This document shows positions 1-14,573 of a DNA stretch of 64,000 bases, in pieces (positions within the stretch are counted from its first letter, which is position 1; the number at the start of each line of letters is the position of its first letter). The translations under genes and the position numbers were made by a program. The notes under the pieces were generated by a model. That model was not told where the DNA came from. It saw nothing but the letters and a program-made list of their open reading frames with translations, and ran no database searches. Source of the stretch: the human T2T-CHM13v2.0 reference genome, Homo sapiens; assembly GCF_009914755.1 (NCBI RefSeq), contig NC_060926.1; one strand, written 5' to 3'.

Positions 1-131
1 TTTAATTAGACCAACACCTACTAGATGACAATTTATGTTATTCAAGTCTCAAAAACTTTCCAGAAGTCCAAGTTTAGAAACCTAGAAGTAATGGTTCGGA
101 GTCCTGATTCCAAACATACTTTTCATGCATG

Positions 132-150
132 CTCTCTCTCTCTCTCTCTG

Positions 151-188
<38 letters not shown>

Positions 189-199
189 ACACACACACA
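132..199. repeat. (CT)n microsatellite followed by short (CA)n
   Basis: Directly visible dinucleotide runs. Confidence 0.95.
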
Positions 200-882
200 A
201 ACTTCTTAGGGAAGAAGGTGGGACCATATCTTGGTGGGACACAAATATTATTTGAGCATAGATCCTACACTATGGATCTATGCATAGATCAGAACAGAAA
301 CTGCACCTGTATCACCTCTATCCACTCTATCCACTTGTCTGTGCCCAAGATAGACATTACTAAAAGATCACCAATTGTTTTTTTCCCCTCAACCTGGGGA
401 ACAGTCTGACAGTCCTCCTCAAATCAGTGTTCCAGGCAGCCACCATTAAAGGATGGGAATTTGCCTTTCAGATAGATCCCATCTACCATCCCAATAATAG
501 CTGATTGAAAGCTAGCCGGAAGCTGTGGTTGAGCTAACTGTATACAGACATTGGGGAAGCTTGTGAAAAATATTGTTTTGAATTTAGTACTTTTGAGTGG
601 GGCCTGAGATTCTGTATTTTTAATAACTTTTACAGGTTGCAAAATGGTGCCCACCATTTGGTTTTCGCATAAGTTTTATAGGGTTGACTAAGTTATTTTT
701 ATATTTTATATTTACACTATCCAATATTTAAAAATTGAGGGGAAATTATATAAAATCAAGAAATTTTTAATTTGCTGCTCTTTAAAAATTAGAAAATCTA
801 CAACACTGGGCTCTGTCCCAACATGATAACGAAAAACTGGAGCTGAACAGAGCTGCCTTCTTTGGATGGGGCATGCACTTAC

Positions 883-975
883 CATTTTGTCACAGTCCTC
901 TTCATTCTCTGATGCCTCCCTGACACTGCAGATGAATATCACTGATGTTTACCATCGTGTTTGCACTGTCGTTTG
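883..975 (-). other. Candidate exon ending in ATG at a consensus splice donor (upstream boundary uncertain)
   Basis: Minus strand reads GACAAAATG|GTAAGT (donor 882-877). Pyrimidine-rich TTTGTTTTCCTGTTTTTG lies upstream with several possible AG acceptors. Unique, non-repeat sequence. Confidence 0.45.
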
Positions 976-1200
976 CTTATACAAATAGTTGTCAAAAACA
1001 GGAAAACAAATGACAGACCCAAAGGGCCAGTCTAAGAGACAGAAAATTTAGTGATATTAGGGCATCAATCTCTTTCTCACGAAATTTCAAGAAGGAAGAT
1101 TAACAAGGTCCTTGAGCAAGGGCTTTGCCAAACAACTGTAAGTCCGTTTCACAATTTCAATGACAGCAGGGAAACTTTATACTGCCACCGTTTTTCTTAC

Positions 1201-1450
1201 ATGTTAAAGAGCAAAAGCTCCGTAGGATTACAGCAGAGAGAGAAAGTCCATTCCAGAATGTGACACTATTTGCTGCAGAGCAGAATTTAGTATGATGGGG
1301 CTGGGTGCAGTTTGTCGGCAAAAATCACCTCATTATAACCCATGTGTCCCACTCTAATGAGGAGCTAGGCATTATCTTAAAACGTGCTGCAGCAAAACCA
1401 GCATCTATATTTGGTGGTTTGTGAACAATCCTGTTACATGCCCTGAGTAT
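1201..1450 (-). promoter_or_regulatory. Candidate promoter/first exon of a minus-strand transcript
   Basis: Donor CAT|GTAAGA at 1200; TATA-like TTATAA at 1333-1338; CTATATTTGG (MEF2/CArG-like) at 1405-1414; inverted MCAT/TEAD-like pair CATTCCAGAATG at 1249-1260. Confidence 0.3.
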
Positions 1451-1799
1451 TTGTAATTTCACAATTGATTCTCCAATTGTATTCTGAAAATATAAATTAT
1501 CCTAGGCTAAATTTTAGAAGCAATCACTCCATTACACATCACAGCAAACAGTATTATGTAAGGTTAACCATGGTATCTTTTTTCCAGTTTATTTACGGAA
1601 GCACACATGAATACGTTCTAGTTATAAACTTTTTTTTAACAACAAAGAGGTACAGAGAATAAAAAGTGAACATCTCCCATATTCTTTTACCTCCCCACTG
1701 CCCTGCCCTCCTCACTCTTCCACTCTCCTTATTAGAAGCATTCTAAATTAACACTTAGTTGTGTGTTTTTCCAGACATTTTTCTATGTTTATATATATA

Positions 1800-2590
1800 T
1801 GACATGTACTTTTGTCTGGAGGATTTCTCATCACTTATGATACTATCACACTATACATTCCTCATCACATACATTTTGTTTTGCAACTTGCTTTTTTACA
1901 TAATAATATGCTTGGGAAATCTTGTCATATCAGAATTTACTACATGCTTTTTAACCATTATATAGCATTCCAAATCAACCACTCCTCTATGGATGAATAT
2001 TTAGATTGTTTCTTCTTCTTTATGATGTTGCAATTAATTCCCTCAGTCATATATCTTAATGCACACACAGGAGTATGTAGAAGAGATATCTAAGAGTAAC
2101 ATCTGTCAGTTCAAAGTATACATATATTATTAATTTTTTACTTACTCCCAAATTGCATTCTACCTGCAATGTATGAATACCTAATTCCCCATGCTCTTGG
2201 CTATTATAAATATTTAAAGTATTTGCCTATCTATCTGAAGGCCAAAAACATATCTCTGTTTTAATTTGCATTTAAACATTTTCACATTATTTATTAGCCA
2301 TTTGTAATTCTTTGAATTTCTATTAGGTTGTCTTTTTCTTCTTAATTTGCATGAAATCCTTAGATATTAAAGTTGTTATCTTTTTATGTATATATGTTGC
2401 AAAATTTTTTACCAGGTTGACAATTCTCTTTTAACTTTGTTCTTTGACATCAATTGCATGGAAATATTCTGAATTTTTAAATATTAAAATCTGTTGAAGC
2501 TTTCTTTTATAACTTCAGAATTTTTGAATTCCCAGGAAGGTTTTACCTACCTCATGGTTATAAATATATTCTCCTTTATTTTCTATACCG
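1800..2590 (-). mobile_element. Ancient L1M (L1ME-like) 3' fragment
   Basis: Degenerate antisense L1 motifs (ggatgaatatttagattgtttc, ttaatttgcattt, ttattagccatttgta). Confidence 0.6.
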
Positions 2591-2831
2591 TTACCCACCA
2601 GGCCTGCTGGCCTGGATTTGGATCTCACAATTAGATGGATGTGAGTCTGCAGCCTTCTTGAAAAGCTTCGTGGACACTGGGCATAAGCAGGACCCTTGAA
2701 AATCAAATGATAATGTGCAATGCACAATTAGCGAACAGGTCCTAACCAGCTCTAAAATGCTGTGGCTTTTGTAGTATGGCGTGACTAGAGACAACACCTT
2801 AGACAATAACATTCCCACTAAGTGCACCTTT

Positions 2832-2958
2832 CTTTTTTAGACAGCATTTTGCCATATTGTCCAGGCTGGTCTCTAACTCCTGGGCTCAAGAGATCCACCC
2901 CCCAAGGAGGCGGCCTCCCAACGTGCTAAGATTACAGGTGTGAGCCACCTTGCCTGGG
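2832..2958 (-). mobile_element. FLAM (free left Alu monomer)
   Basis: Left-monomer sequence only; TSD cactaagtgcaccttt 2816-2831 / cactaactgcaccttt 2959-2974. Confidence 0.9.
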
Positions 2959-3097
2959 CACTAACTGCACCTTTGACATCACTGAAATCCTCTCCAGATC
3001 AGCAGAGAAAGCTATCTCATTGAGACTCTACCGGCAATTAATAACAACAACAGTATTATTATTAACAAAAACAACGTTAATAATAATGATGAGGAAG

Positions 3098-3310
3098 ATA
3101 ACAGCTAACATTACCACTTACTTACTATATACCAGGCATTTAGCATGGATCATCTCATTTAATCCTCACAGCAACCTTACAATGGCGACATTACCACTAC
3201 TATGGTCATTAGCTTCTACTGACATTTCCTGAAGGTGCCACAGCTAGTAAACAGAGTCATAATTGAAATCAAAGTCTATCTGACTTCAGAAGCCACAATT
3301 ATAACCAAGG
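3098..3310 (-). mobile_element. MIR
   Basis: tcatttaatcctcacagcaacc core; cacagctagtaa. Confidence 0.75.
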
Positions 3311-3559
3311 AATTATTCTCTCTCATATCAGATAGTTTGTGAAATAACCCTTTGGGAATATCCAAAAAAACAACCAAGGGAGACTAATGGAATGGCTGAT
3401 ACAATCGAATCTGGTAAATAGGAGTTTGTGGAATGTAAGTTGAGCATTAAATCAGTATAAGTAGATTTAAAACTTGGTATGTAAAAATAAACCAAATAGT
3501 TTTCAGACATATGTGAGAACTAAAGGAGAAAAAACTAAGCCATAGAAGTACTAAAAAGA

Positions 3560-4580
3560 TTAAGTGATTTTTAAAAACAAATTGGAAGAGGAAATTAAAT
3601 ATCAAACAAAACTCAGAAACCACTAAAAATAGATGATAAATTCTACTAGATAAAAATGAAAACTTTTTTCATTGCAAAATAATCACAAAGCCAAATGGTA
3701 CATGACAAATTTTGCTTGAAGGGGGCGGGGTAGGTGAATTTGCAATTAATATCACCAGTAAAAGGCCTTGTATGTTAAGAGTTTACGTGACTCTTCAATG
3801 TCCAAGAAATGTCCAAGAATCAAATTGGGAAGAAAAGGAAAAAATATATATACATATATATAAATAGAAAAGATAATACAAATGGTTCTAAAACACATGA
3901 ATTATTTTTCAGCCTCACTGATAATTTTAAAATATAGAAAACAAAATCATAACGAGGTATCATTTTTTAATCTCTCAGTTTGGACGTGATAAAAAGAGAG
4001 GGAGAGAGAAAGAGAAAGAGAGAAATTGTGCTGGACAATTGTAGGGAAAATGCTTTTATACATTCCTGTTACAAAGGTATACAGTTACAACTTCCCCATA
4101 CGAAAGGTTTAAAATCTGAAATTTTCCAAAACAAAATTGCATATAGTTTTTGACCCGCCGATTCCACATACAGCTGATGCTACAGACATATGGTCATCTG
4201 TGAAAATGGCATATGTATAAGGTAATAGAGAAGATGGAAAAAAAATTAATAAGGAACTATTTAATATGTAATGGGTTAAATAAATTACACTATAGACATA
4301 TAATGGAACACTTCATAATAGAAAGAAAAAAGGCATAGGCGGTTTAAACCAATTGGTCTATTATTAAGTTAAAAAGCAAGGCACATAGGAGTGTATAGAT
4401 TATGGTAGCTTATGTGCAGAGAAATTTTGTATACATATATACACACTAAATAATCCCCAGAAGAACTCTTTAAAAGCTGAGTGGCTAGGAAATAGGAGTG
4501 GGAGGGAGACTTATTTCTTACTGTATATGTGTGTATCTTGGATTTTGAGTCAAGTATGGATTTTAATCAAGTATAAAAAT
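3560..4580 (+). mobile_element. Ancient L1M 3' ORF2/3'UTR fragment
   Basis: Degenerate motifs (cagcctcactgata, tttgacccgccgattccac, ggttaaataaattac). Confidence 0.6.
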
Positions 4581-6429
4581 TATTATTAATGTTATTGGGA
4601 GACCTACAAGAATCTTTTCACCAGGAATCATTTTATAGAATATAATTCAGAAGATGATTTCAATATCTATAAACATGGAAATGATTTTTTAAAAGATGAT
4701 AGATGGAATATTTAGCTGTTAAAAAATTAATTTAATCTTCATATGTGGCTAAATTTAAGATTTAAAAAACAGGTTACCACACAGTAAGTATATTCTGATC
4801 TCAATGTTTATAAAACAAAAATTTTAAATGTGCCTATAGATGCATATACATAGATATGTTTGTGAAAGAGAGCCTGGAATTTCATACACTATGGATACCT
4901 AAGAAATAGGGAGTGGAGGTGGGTAATCACTTTTTTTAATTCATTTCTGTGTTGTTTGATTTTTATAAAGTAATGTGTTACATTCATGGTTAAAAATGTA
5001 TATTATTCATAATTTAAGTCATGGAGACATTATTTGTATTCAGAGGATGGATAAGTTAGGGACCCAGAGATTATATAATATTATTATTTTTGTCTGAGTT
5101 TCTATGGTATTTTCTACTTGATATACTCAAAATACTCAAACATTAGGAAATACATATCAAATAACTAAAAAATATTTACTTGCTTACCATATGTTAAAGT
5201 TTATATGCTGAAATTAACCTATAGTCAACATTTAGACCTCAATGAAAAAGAGCTTAAAAATAAAAGACACTTGATTCGGTCTCAAAACAACAACTGGGAT
5301 TTCAAATTAAGTTAAGAAAACAGCCTCAATTCTAACTCTGAATTTTTTAGTATGTATTTATTCTTTTGAAGCTCTATGTCAGGCCAATTTACAGATGGTC
5401 TGGTGAGCCACAGGAAAATAACCCTGTTTAGCTCATGAATCATAAAGAGTTACTCTAAACAGTTATTAATGCAACTTCTCAAGGCATCTGCCTCAACCCA
5501 AGGGAATATTTTACCCATAAGTTTAAATCTTGCTCAAAAGCAAATAGGTAGATTGATGCTCTGCTTATAAGTGAAACTGTCTCATAATGAAGCCCTTTGG
5601 GTACTCCATAATCTAAATTCCTCACCACAAAGAAGGATTAAAATTAATTCATTCAAACCAGATTCTGTTCTGTAATTAATAGAACTTGTAAGAAGAAACA
5701 TGCGCTTTAGTTTTCGCAATTGGATACTACTGAGCACCCTAAAATACTAGAAGACCTTCCCTTCCATATTTTTTAGAATGTCAGCTATTAAGAAGAGGAA
5801 AGCTTATTTTCCACATGTTCTTTCGTGTGCTTGACTCTTTAGTTGTATTCAACACCTATTAACCAATAATAATGTTTCAGTTTTCAAAACAAGCAACTTA
5901 TTTGTCTTGTATACACCTAAGGAACTAATCATGAACTGGAATAGAATGGAGCAAGGACTGAAAAGGCAAGACAAGTCTCGTTCAAAGTTTCTCAAGCACA
6001 GTTCAACTTTGTTCTAGGACTGTGAATATTTAAATTTATGGTTATTACATATTAGAAAGGTACACTATGATTTTGTGATATAACTCAATATTACTCAGTT
6101 ATGAATGATATGAAGGCAATAGATATAAAAATACTGGACTACAACCCTCCAGAATTAAGGATGCTGGAGATAAAATGGCTTCCCTAAAAGGCTAAAAATG
6201 AATCATTATTCTATGCTATTTATGAAATATCTTGGTTAACAGGGCCTCACAGGTAGTAATGAATATAAAAATATCCCTAGATTCCAATTTCATCAATAGG
6301 CTGAGTCCCCACTCCTACCAAACTTTGTATTTGTGAAAGAGTGTAAAGCTTTGGTTTCTACCTTTTTTCCCTTATGAAGTGGACATTCTGTTGGAGATTA
6401 TATTACCTAGAAAACAGGGGACAAACCAT

Positions 6430-6790
6430 AATACTAGATCACTGGACTAAAAGTCAAAAAATGTGAATTCTAATCAAAATTCTATCAAGAATTTTGAATG
6501 TCAAAGGAAAGCCAGTTCCTTTCAAAGGGCCTTAGTTTGCTCATTTTGCAAAACCAAGGACTAAAATTAAAATTGCCTAAGGTCTCACCAGGTCAAAGGC
6601 AATATAGAATAATGTTTAAGAGACTGTCCTCAGTTATATATACTAGGTACATACATTTGGGTAAATTATCAAACTTTTTGCCTCAGTTTCACAAAAATAA
6701 TCAGGATAATAATATCTACCTCATTGATTTATTGAAAGCCACCAATGAGTTGATATGTGTTAAGTTGTTAACACATGCTCAATAACAATA
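6430..6790 (+). mobile_element. MIR fragments
   Basis: gcctcagtttc...ggataataatatctacctcat...aatgagttgatatgtg. Confidence 0.6.
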
Positions 6791-6794
6791 ATGG

Positions 6795-7463
<669 letters not shown>

Positions 7464-7857
7464 GATGATAATGATGGAGAAGGTGATGATGGTGGTGATG
7501 AAGATAATTTTATGTACACAATGTTATAATAGAAGACTGTAAGGTAAAGAAAATATTTAGATAATTTACAAACTACGTAACATTCTATAAAAGTACAAAG
7601 TGTGATTAAATACAGTGGTCAAGAAAGAAACTGAGTAAATAAACTTTGTTATATATGTCTAATGTATGTTTATCATTTTTAAGGCAACTGTTGCCTTAAG
7701 CACTTAATCACTGGGTAAATAAGTTTCCAATTCTATGAATTTCTTTACATATAAAATTACATCAAATTTAAGCATTTGACTGCATGTATAGGCATTGAAC
7801 AACAGACAAGCTTTTTATTAGAAATAGAGATTTGAGAGTGAAACCAAATATATTATC

Positions 7858-8347
7858 TGTGATGACTAATACTGAGTGTCAACTTGATTGGATGGAAGGA
7901 TGCAAAGTATTGATCCTGGGTGTGTCTGTGAGGGTATTGTCAAAAAAGATTAACATTTGAGTCAGATGTTAGGTGAGGGCAGACCCACCCTTAATCTGGT
8001 TGGGCACCATTTAATCAGCTGCCAGTGCAGCTAGAATATAAAGCAGGCAGAAAAATGTGAAAAGACAAGACTGGCCTAGCCTCCCAGCCTGCATCTTTCT
8101 CCCGTGCTGGATGCTTCCTGCCCTGGAACATCAGACTCCAAGTCCTTCAGTTCTGGGACTCAGACTGGCTCTCCTTGCTCCTCAGCTTGCAGACAGCCTA
8201 CTGTGGGACCCTGTGATCGTGTGAGTTAATACTTAGTAAATACTAATATAATATACTACTACTAATATAATACTTAGTTAATACTAATATAATATATATA
8301 TATATATTCTATTAGCTCTGTCCCTCTAGAGAACCCTGACTAATACA
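7858..8347 (+). mobile_element. MLT2A (HERV-L) solo LTR
   Basis: TG..CA ends; tgtgatgactaatactgagtgtcaacttgattgg start; gagaaccctgactaataca end; 5-bp TSD TTATC on both sides. Confidence 0.92.
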
Positions 8348-10089
8348 TTATCCCTTGTCTTGTTGTTATCCAGTGGTATCCCTCATACCATCCTTCACTC
8401 ACCGTCTTAACCTAGAGATGGATATTTCTCAATAATTTGGTCATAAAATGTTAATCTTTGAAAAGTGAGCCACTCATCCAAATGGATTACAAAAGCGTGA
8501 GACTAGCACATACAAACATGCAGATGCAAGTCAAGCGATCTGCATTGTATTTGCAGCTCTCCCCATTTTGTTACTTACTCTGCTACTCTTGGTCAAATTC
8601 TCAATTGCTCTGTGTCCAAATATGGGATTCTTAAAAGTGACTAAAGCACTGTACATCCCTTTTCTATATCACTAAAAAAGACCAGAAATTTATCATTGAT
8701 ATCTCATCTTTAGCATCTTTAGATTCAAAGATATACTTTTCCTTAGGTAACTAACATACTACAATTGTTTAAAATGTGAAAATGAAGCCCTTCCTTTTTA
8801 CTGCCTCTTTCCTCCCCTCACGAACAGAAATACCATTGGATAGTACTTTATAAAGCCACTCTCAGAAATATTCCTAAAATATTCCTCCAATAAATATTCC
8901 CACATATTCCTACAATTAAAAAAAAGCCCTTACAAGTCAAAGAAGTAACCATGTAACACCTGCAAAAGGAAGTTTTTAATGCCAAGATCCATAATCTCTC
9001 TGCCCAGATGACCAGTAGTAGTTTCACCCCAGATTTGAGTGTGCCCACTGGTTCCCCTACTGATTCATAGAGCCTCTTTCTTGTTACTCTTGCTGTTCTC
9101 TGGAGAAGCCTAGTCTAGCCACTGACATGATGCAACTTAGGCAGCCTCCAGGAAGTACTCCTTTGCCAAAAAAAATGGTGTAACTCCAATTCGAGATTTT
9201 CCATTTGAAGTCCAGATCCTCATTAAACTATGGGGTATAAGATTAAAAGCCACTCTCTTTTGGTTTGCAGGAACTCTGTAGTTGGTAATTGACTGGACCT
9301 GTTATCAATGCACTAGAACCATTGTCAGTTGCACACACAAATGGAAAATGAGAGGGGATGAAGCAAAGGGTAACGGATGCAGTTGTTTTCAATAAAAGGT
9401 ATGGTGGCTTTGAAAACAGACTTAAGCTCAATCACATCCTTCATAAGAAAGTCAAATCAAATGTGTTTGTTTAATGCTTCTTGCATTTCTAAAAGCATTT
9501 TCAATACTATCTCCCAATTCAAGTGAATAGAACCAGCCCTCAACAAAATTATTAATATTTTGGAAGGAAATCTAATCTCTTCTTTTGACTAATGCCCAAG
9601 GATAAGTAGGTTTCTTTTTAAATTTGCTGTGAGCTACAAGCAGATACCCAAACACATTAAAATTTTGTGTGAGATAAGAGTAAATTTGTTCAAACAAAGG
9701 CCTGAATTGTTTTTCTGCAAATAAAGCACATGAGCTTTAGTTGATAGACCCAGTGACTTCTATTTTACATGCTCAGAGGCTCATTTTTACTTATTGTATT
9801 GCTGTTATTTTTCAAAATTTGAGATTCTTGAATTAATGAGCTGTTGCACCTAATGAGCACATTTGTCATCACCCATACAGTTGTTCAGTCATCTCCGTCA
9901 GTCTATTACATCTGCCATGAAGTATGAACATGCAGAAAGCACAGGCTCTGCCTCAGCTCTTTCATACAGGTCCTACGTGGCATGGGCCATGTGGCACTTC
10001 TACCACCAACTAAAAGCAACAAAAGAGATTGAAAAAACAACTTGAGTTTGGAATAAAAAATGAAATCCATATCTTCCCGTTTGGCATAG

Positions 10090-10420
10090 AGTCCATGAGG
10101 CCAAAAACAGTGATGCATTTACCTTTGTATCTCCAACAAGGAATGCAGTGTTGGCATATTACATATTCATTGCCTTAATCATTACTTGATGAAAAAATAA
10201 GTAAATAAATAAATAAAGCCTTTTAAACCCACTCATAAAACAATGCAGCATGGTGGAGTGGCGGGAACAGCTTCTCTCTGTGAGTCTAGTTTCTTCATCC
10301 ACAATTTGAGTGGAATAATGCCTATCCTACAAGGTATTGGTAAGGAGTTACTGAAACAACCTGTGCTGACACAGGACTTGGCCCATAGAAGATACTCTGA
10401 AGCTATTTGTGGAAATAGAA
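10090..10420 (+). mobile_element. L2 3' end plus MIR fragment
   Basis: L2-like tail with (AAAT)n, then MIR core agtttcttcatc...aataatgcctatcctac. Confidence 0.5.
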
Positions 10421-12169
10421 TCATAGATACTTTTAAGTGAGCTAATAGACAAGGAAGGAGCATGAGTTTCACCCATTCACAGAGTTTATTTGGATCAGAA
10501 CAGCTCGCTACAGAAGGAGGAGGTAAACTTCCCTCCATATGGAGAACATTTATAGATAGCCCCATTCCCTAGATATGTAGACTGCATTTATAACAGTGAA
10601 GGATTTTGACAAGAGCAACATGCAACAATCCAGAATTTTAAATCTGTATAATTGCCCCATTCACCCTGTGCTCCTGAGCTATGGGGCGTCAAGTCATTCA
10701 AGGGTAGTATGGAATACGGCTAAAATTTAGAATTGCAAATCTCCTTGGGTCAGCATATCCAGCACTTCCCAGCTGAGAGACTACTTCAATGAATCTACAT
10801 AACCAGCTTCGTATTTCGAGGGCCTGAATATCCACTTTGGAACATTGAAGTCTCTTTGTTTCTCTTTTTGTCTTTTAGACACAATTTTTATTTTAATTGA
10901 TTCATTTGAAACTGCAACAGAGATATGGTAAAGTGAAATAAAGAAAATTTTCAAAACCAATCAAAGGTATTATTTATCAGCTATAGAAATGGTTTTAGTA
11001 AGGGCAGAAAAAGGTGACATGAAAACCATGGTTTTTAATCCATGGCCATCTCCTGTTACAGTTATGAATTGAGAGTGCATAGAACTATTATCCTCAGCTT
11101 CCAAATGATACAAAGTGTACTTTTACGTAAATTAATATGGTAATACATTTAGAGCATGTTTTCCTCTTTAATAAAGGAATCTGAGCCCAAGGTTAGTGAA
11201 ATAAAAGACTTGAACAAAACAACAGCAACAAAAACAGACAAACAAAACCAACTTCTGTGTCTTCCTCACTGCAACAAAATGTTATAGTGATGGAGCTAAT
11301 GAGGAGATTTATTAAATTTCCTAGGTGGACATACTGGGTCTGCCCATTTACAAAAGAGTACTCTGTGTCCTTGATTTTAGGTTTTATTTTGTATTATTTT
11401 GGAAGGGTAAACAAATCTCCTCCTCTAAAGAGGGACATCATGTGCTGCTGGAGACACTATCTGCCTTACCACGTAACTCACTTACAGAATATTTCACAGC
11501 CCTTGCTAGTAATCACATGGAAGCTTTGATGGCAAACACTATCACACTGTTCCAGGATTCTTACAGGGTTCCAGGAATTGTCCCCAGTGTAATGTCTCAA
11601 GAATAATAAAAAAATAGCCTTCTTCTGCATGACTTTTTTTAAAAAGTTAGAGCCACCAAAATAAATTATGAATAGCAAATGACAGCTTTTTAGAAATTCA
11701 ACCAAGCCTCTCTTACTCAAAGCTCAGAAACAGTGAAGTGGACAGAGAGTGGGGGTATTTTTGTCGTTGCAATAAAATGGAGCACTGTGGTGTGTAATCA
11801 AACAGCCGCACCTTCTGACTAGCATCACTAATGCTCCACAGCCACTCCTAGGCTCAAAAAAGAAAAAAAAAACATGCTCAGAGTTGGCCTCCTTGGCAAA
11901 GTGCATGGCTGCCTAATGGTGTGATTTGAGGCATACTTAGAGTCCTTCCATCCTCCAAAATATTCACTTTGTCAGTTTCCATAGTCCTAAGATTCCATTA
12001 CCAAGGCTTTATTTCTTGCAGTTAAGACATATAGCCTGTTAACGTAGTGATACTCCTGAAAACCATTAATGTTAGGCCACCATCCAAACTATTTGCATAT
12101 CCTAGAAGCAATGTATTCTCAAGAGTGAGTTCTATTGGGGGTTCTCCTCAGTCTCCAAAGATACTTAGA

Positions 12170-12332
12170 TCAGTGTTTCTCCAACATCGACATGCATATG
12201 AATCACCCGAGGATCTTATTAAAATACAGATTCTAATTTATTATGTTTGGGGATGGACCTAAGATTTCTGTATTCATAGTAAACTCCTTCAGTCTGATGC
12301 TGCTGGTCCACAGACCACACCTGGAGTAGCAA
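12170..12332. mobile_element. MER5-type hAT-Charlie MITE
   Basis: cagtgtttctc...gaatcacc...tgatgctgctggtccacagaccacac..gagtagca. Confidence 0.75.
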
Positions 12333-12376
12333 ACTCCTAGACTCTTCCCAAGATCTCCTAGATAAGGACTCAAGAC

Positions 12377-12598
12377 CAGGGCTCAGCAAGCTTTTATTAT
12401 AAGGGGTCAGATAGTAAATATTTTGGTTTTGTAGGCCACAGGGTCTTTCTTGCAACCACTCAGCTCTGCCATTATAGCAAGAATGTATCCATGGACAGTA
12501 TGAAAATGAATGGATATGCCTGTGTTCCAATAAACTTTATTTACAAAAATAGGCTGCAGGCTAGATTTTGTCCACAGGTCATGGTTTGCTAACCCCTG
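12377..12598 (-). mobile_element. MER58A hAT-Charlie MITE
   Basis: TIRs CAGGG..CCCCTG; tgtgttccaataaaactttatttacaaaa-like core. Confidence 0.88.
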
Positions 12599-13439
12599 CT
12601 CTACCTATGCCTAATAAAGGTAAAGAAAAATACATTAGGAAGCCAAGAAAGCAATCAGGAAGAAACCTGGCTTTGAATATCTTTACAGAAAATTTGGAAT
12701 CCCCTTCAAAAGCCAAAATTTTGTGCTCTAGACAGACAAGACATGAAAGGTGGAGGTGCAAGAGCACCAACCACTTACCCTACTTCACAATTTTACACAT
12801 AACTTGCCTGTGCTCATCTTGGGCTTTCCCTAGGAATGGGAAAGGAACAAAGCAAGTTTATATTCTGTGAGTTCATACTCCAACAACTCGCCTTTTGTTA
12901 ATACAGACAAAATCACACAATCTTTTTTTTCATCAGCCAGGAGAAAAGGTATACCTGAAAGGCAAGGTCTGGGTACAAGTAACACAGATGGCCCACCCCT
13001 TTGTCTCACTGTTAAACACCCTGTACCTATCCACTCCACTATTGAGGTCTTACATGTGTTGATAATCTACTAGGCATTCTCATATGTCCAAATTTATTCA
13101 TTTACTCATAAATATTTCCTAAGCATCTATTTGATAACTGAGAGAGCAGTAATTCCTGAGGAAAACATGGAAAAGACATCCCTGATCTTTGCCCTGAGAG
13201 TTTATGGTATAGTGATGGCCTCAGACAAATATATGCACAGTTAAGCTTTCATGTGGAAAGAACCATGAGGGTAGAAATACTGGTGTCTGAGTGATGGTAG
13301 AACAGACATATAACAGAACTGTGCCATGACCTGAATAATGACTTGCCATTCGCTAGGGTTAAAAGAAGATAAAAAATGACCCAGGAGGAGAGAAGAATAT
13401 GGGCAATAGACTGGAAGCCAAAAAAGGAGTATGTGTCAG

Positions 13440-14573
<1,134 letters not shown>

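Noticed and set aside
25-409. Ser/Leu-rich ORFs
   Set aside because: Translations of the (CT)n microsatellite
5188-5207. Possible 20-nt minus-strand micro-exon (ttaatttcag..ATG|gtaagc)
   Set aside because: Weak pyrimidine tract; such motifs are expected by chance in 64 kb
8616-8625. Perfect CArG box CCAAATATGG (another, CCATATTTGG, at 46632-46641)
   Set aside because: Isolated 10-mers in or near repeat remnants; chance-level without chromatin data
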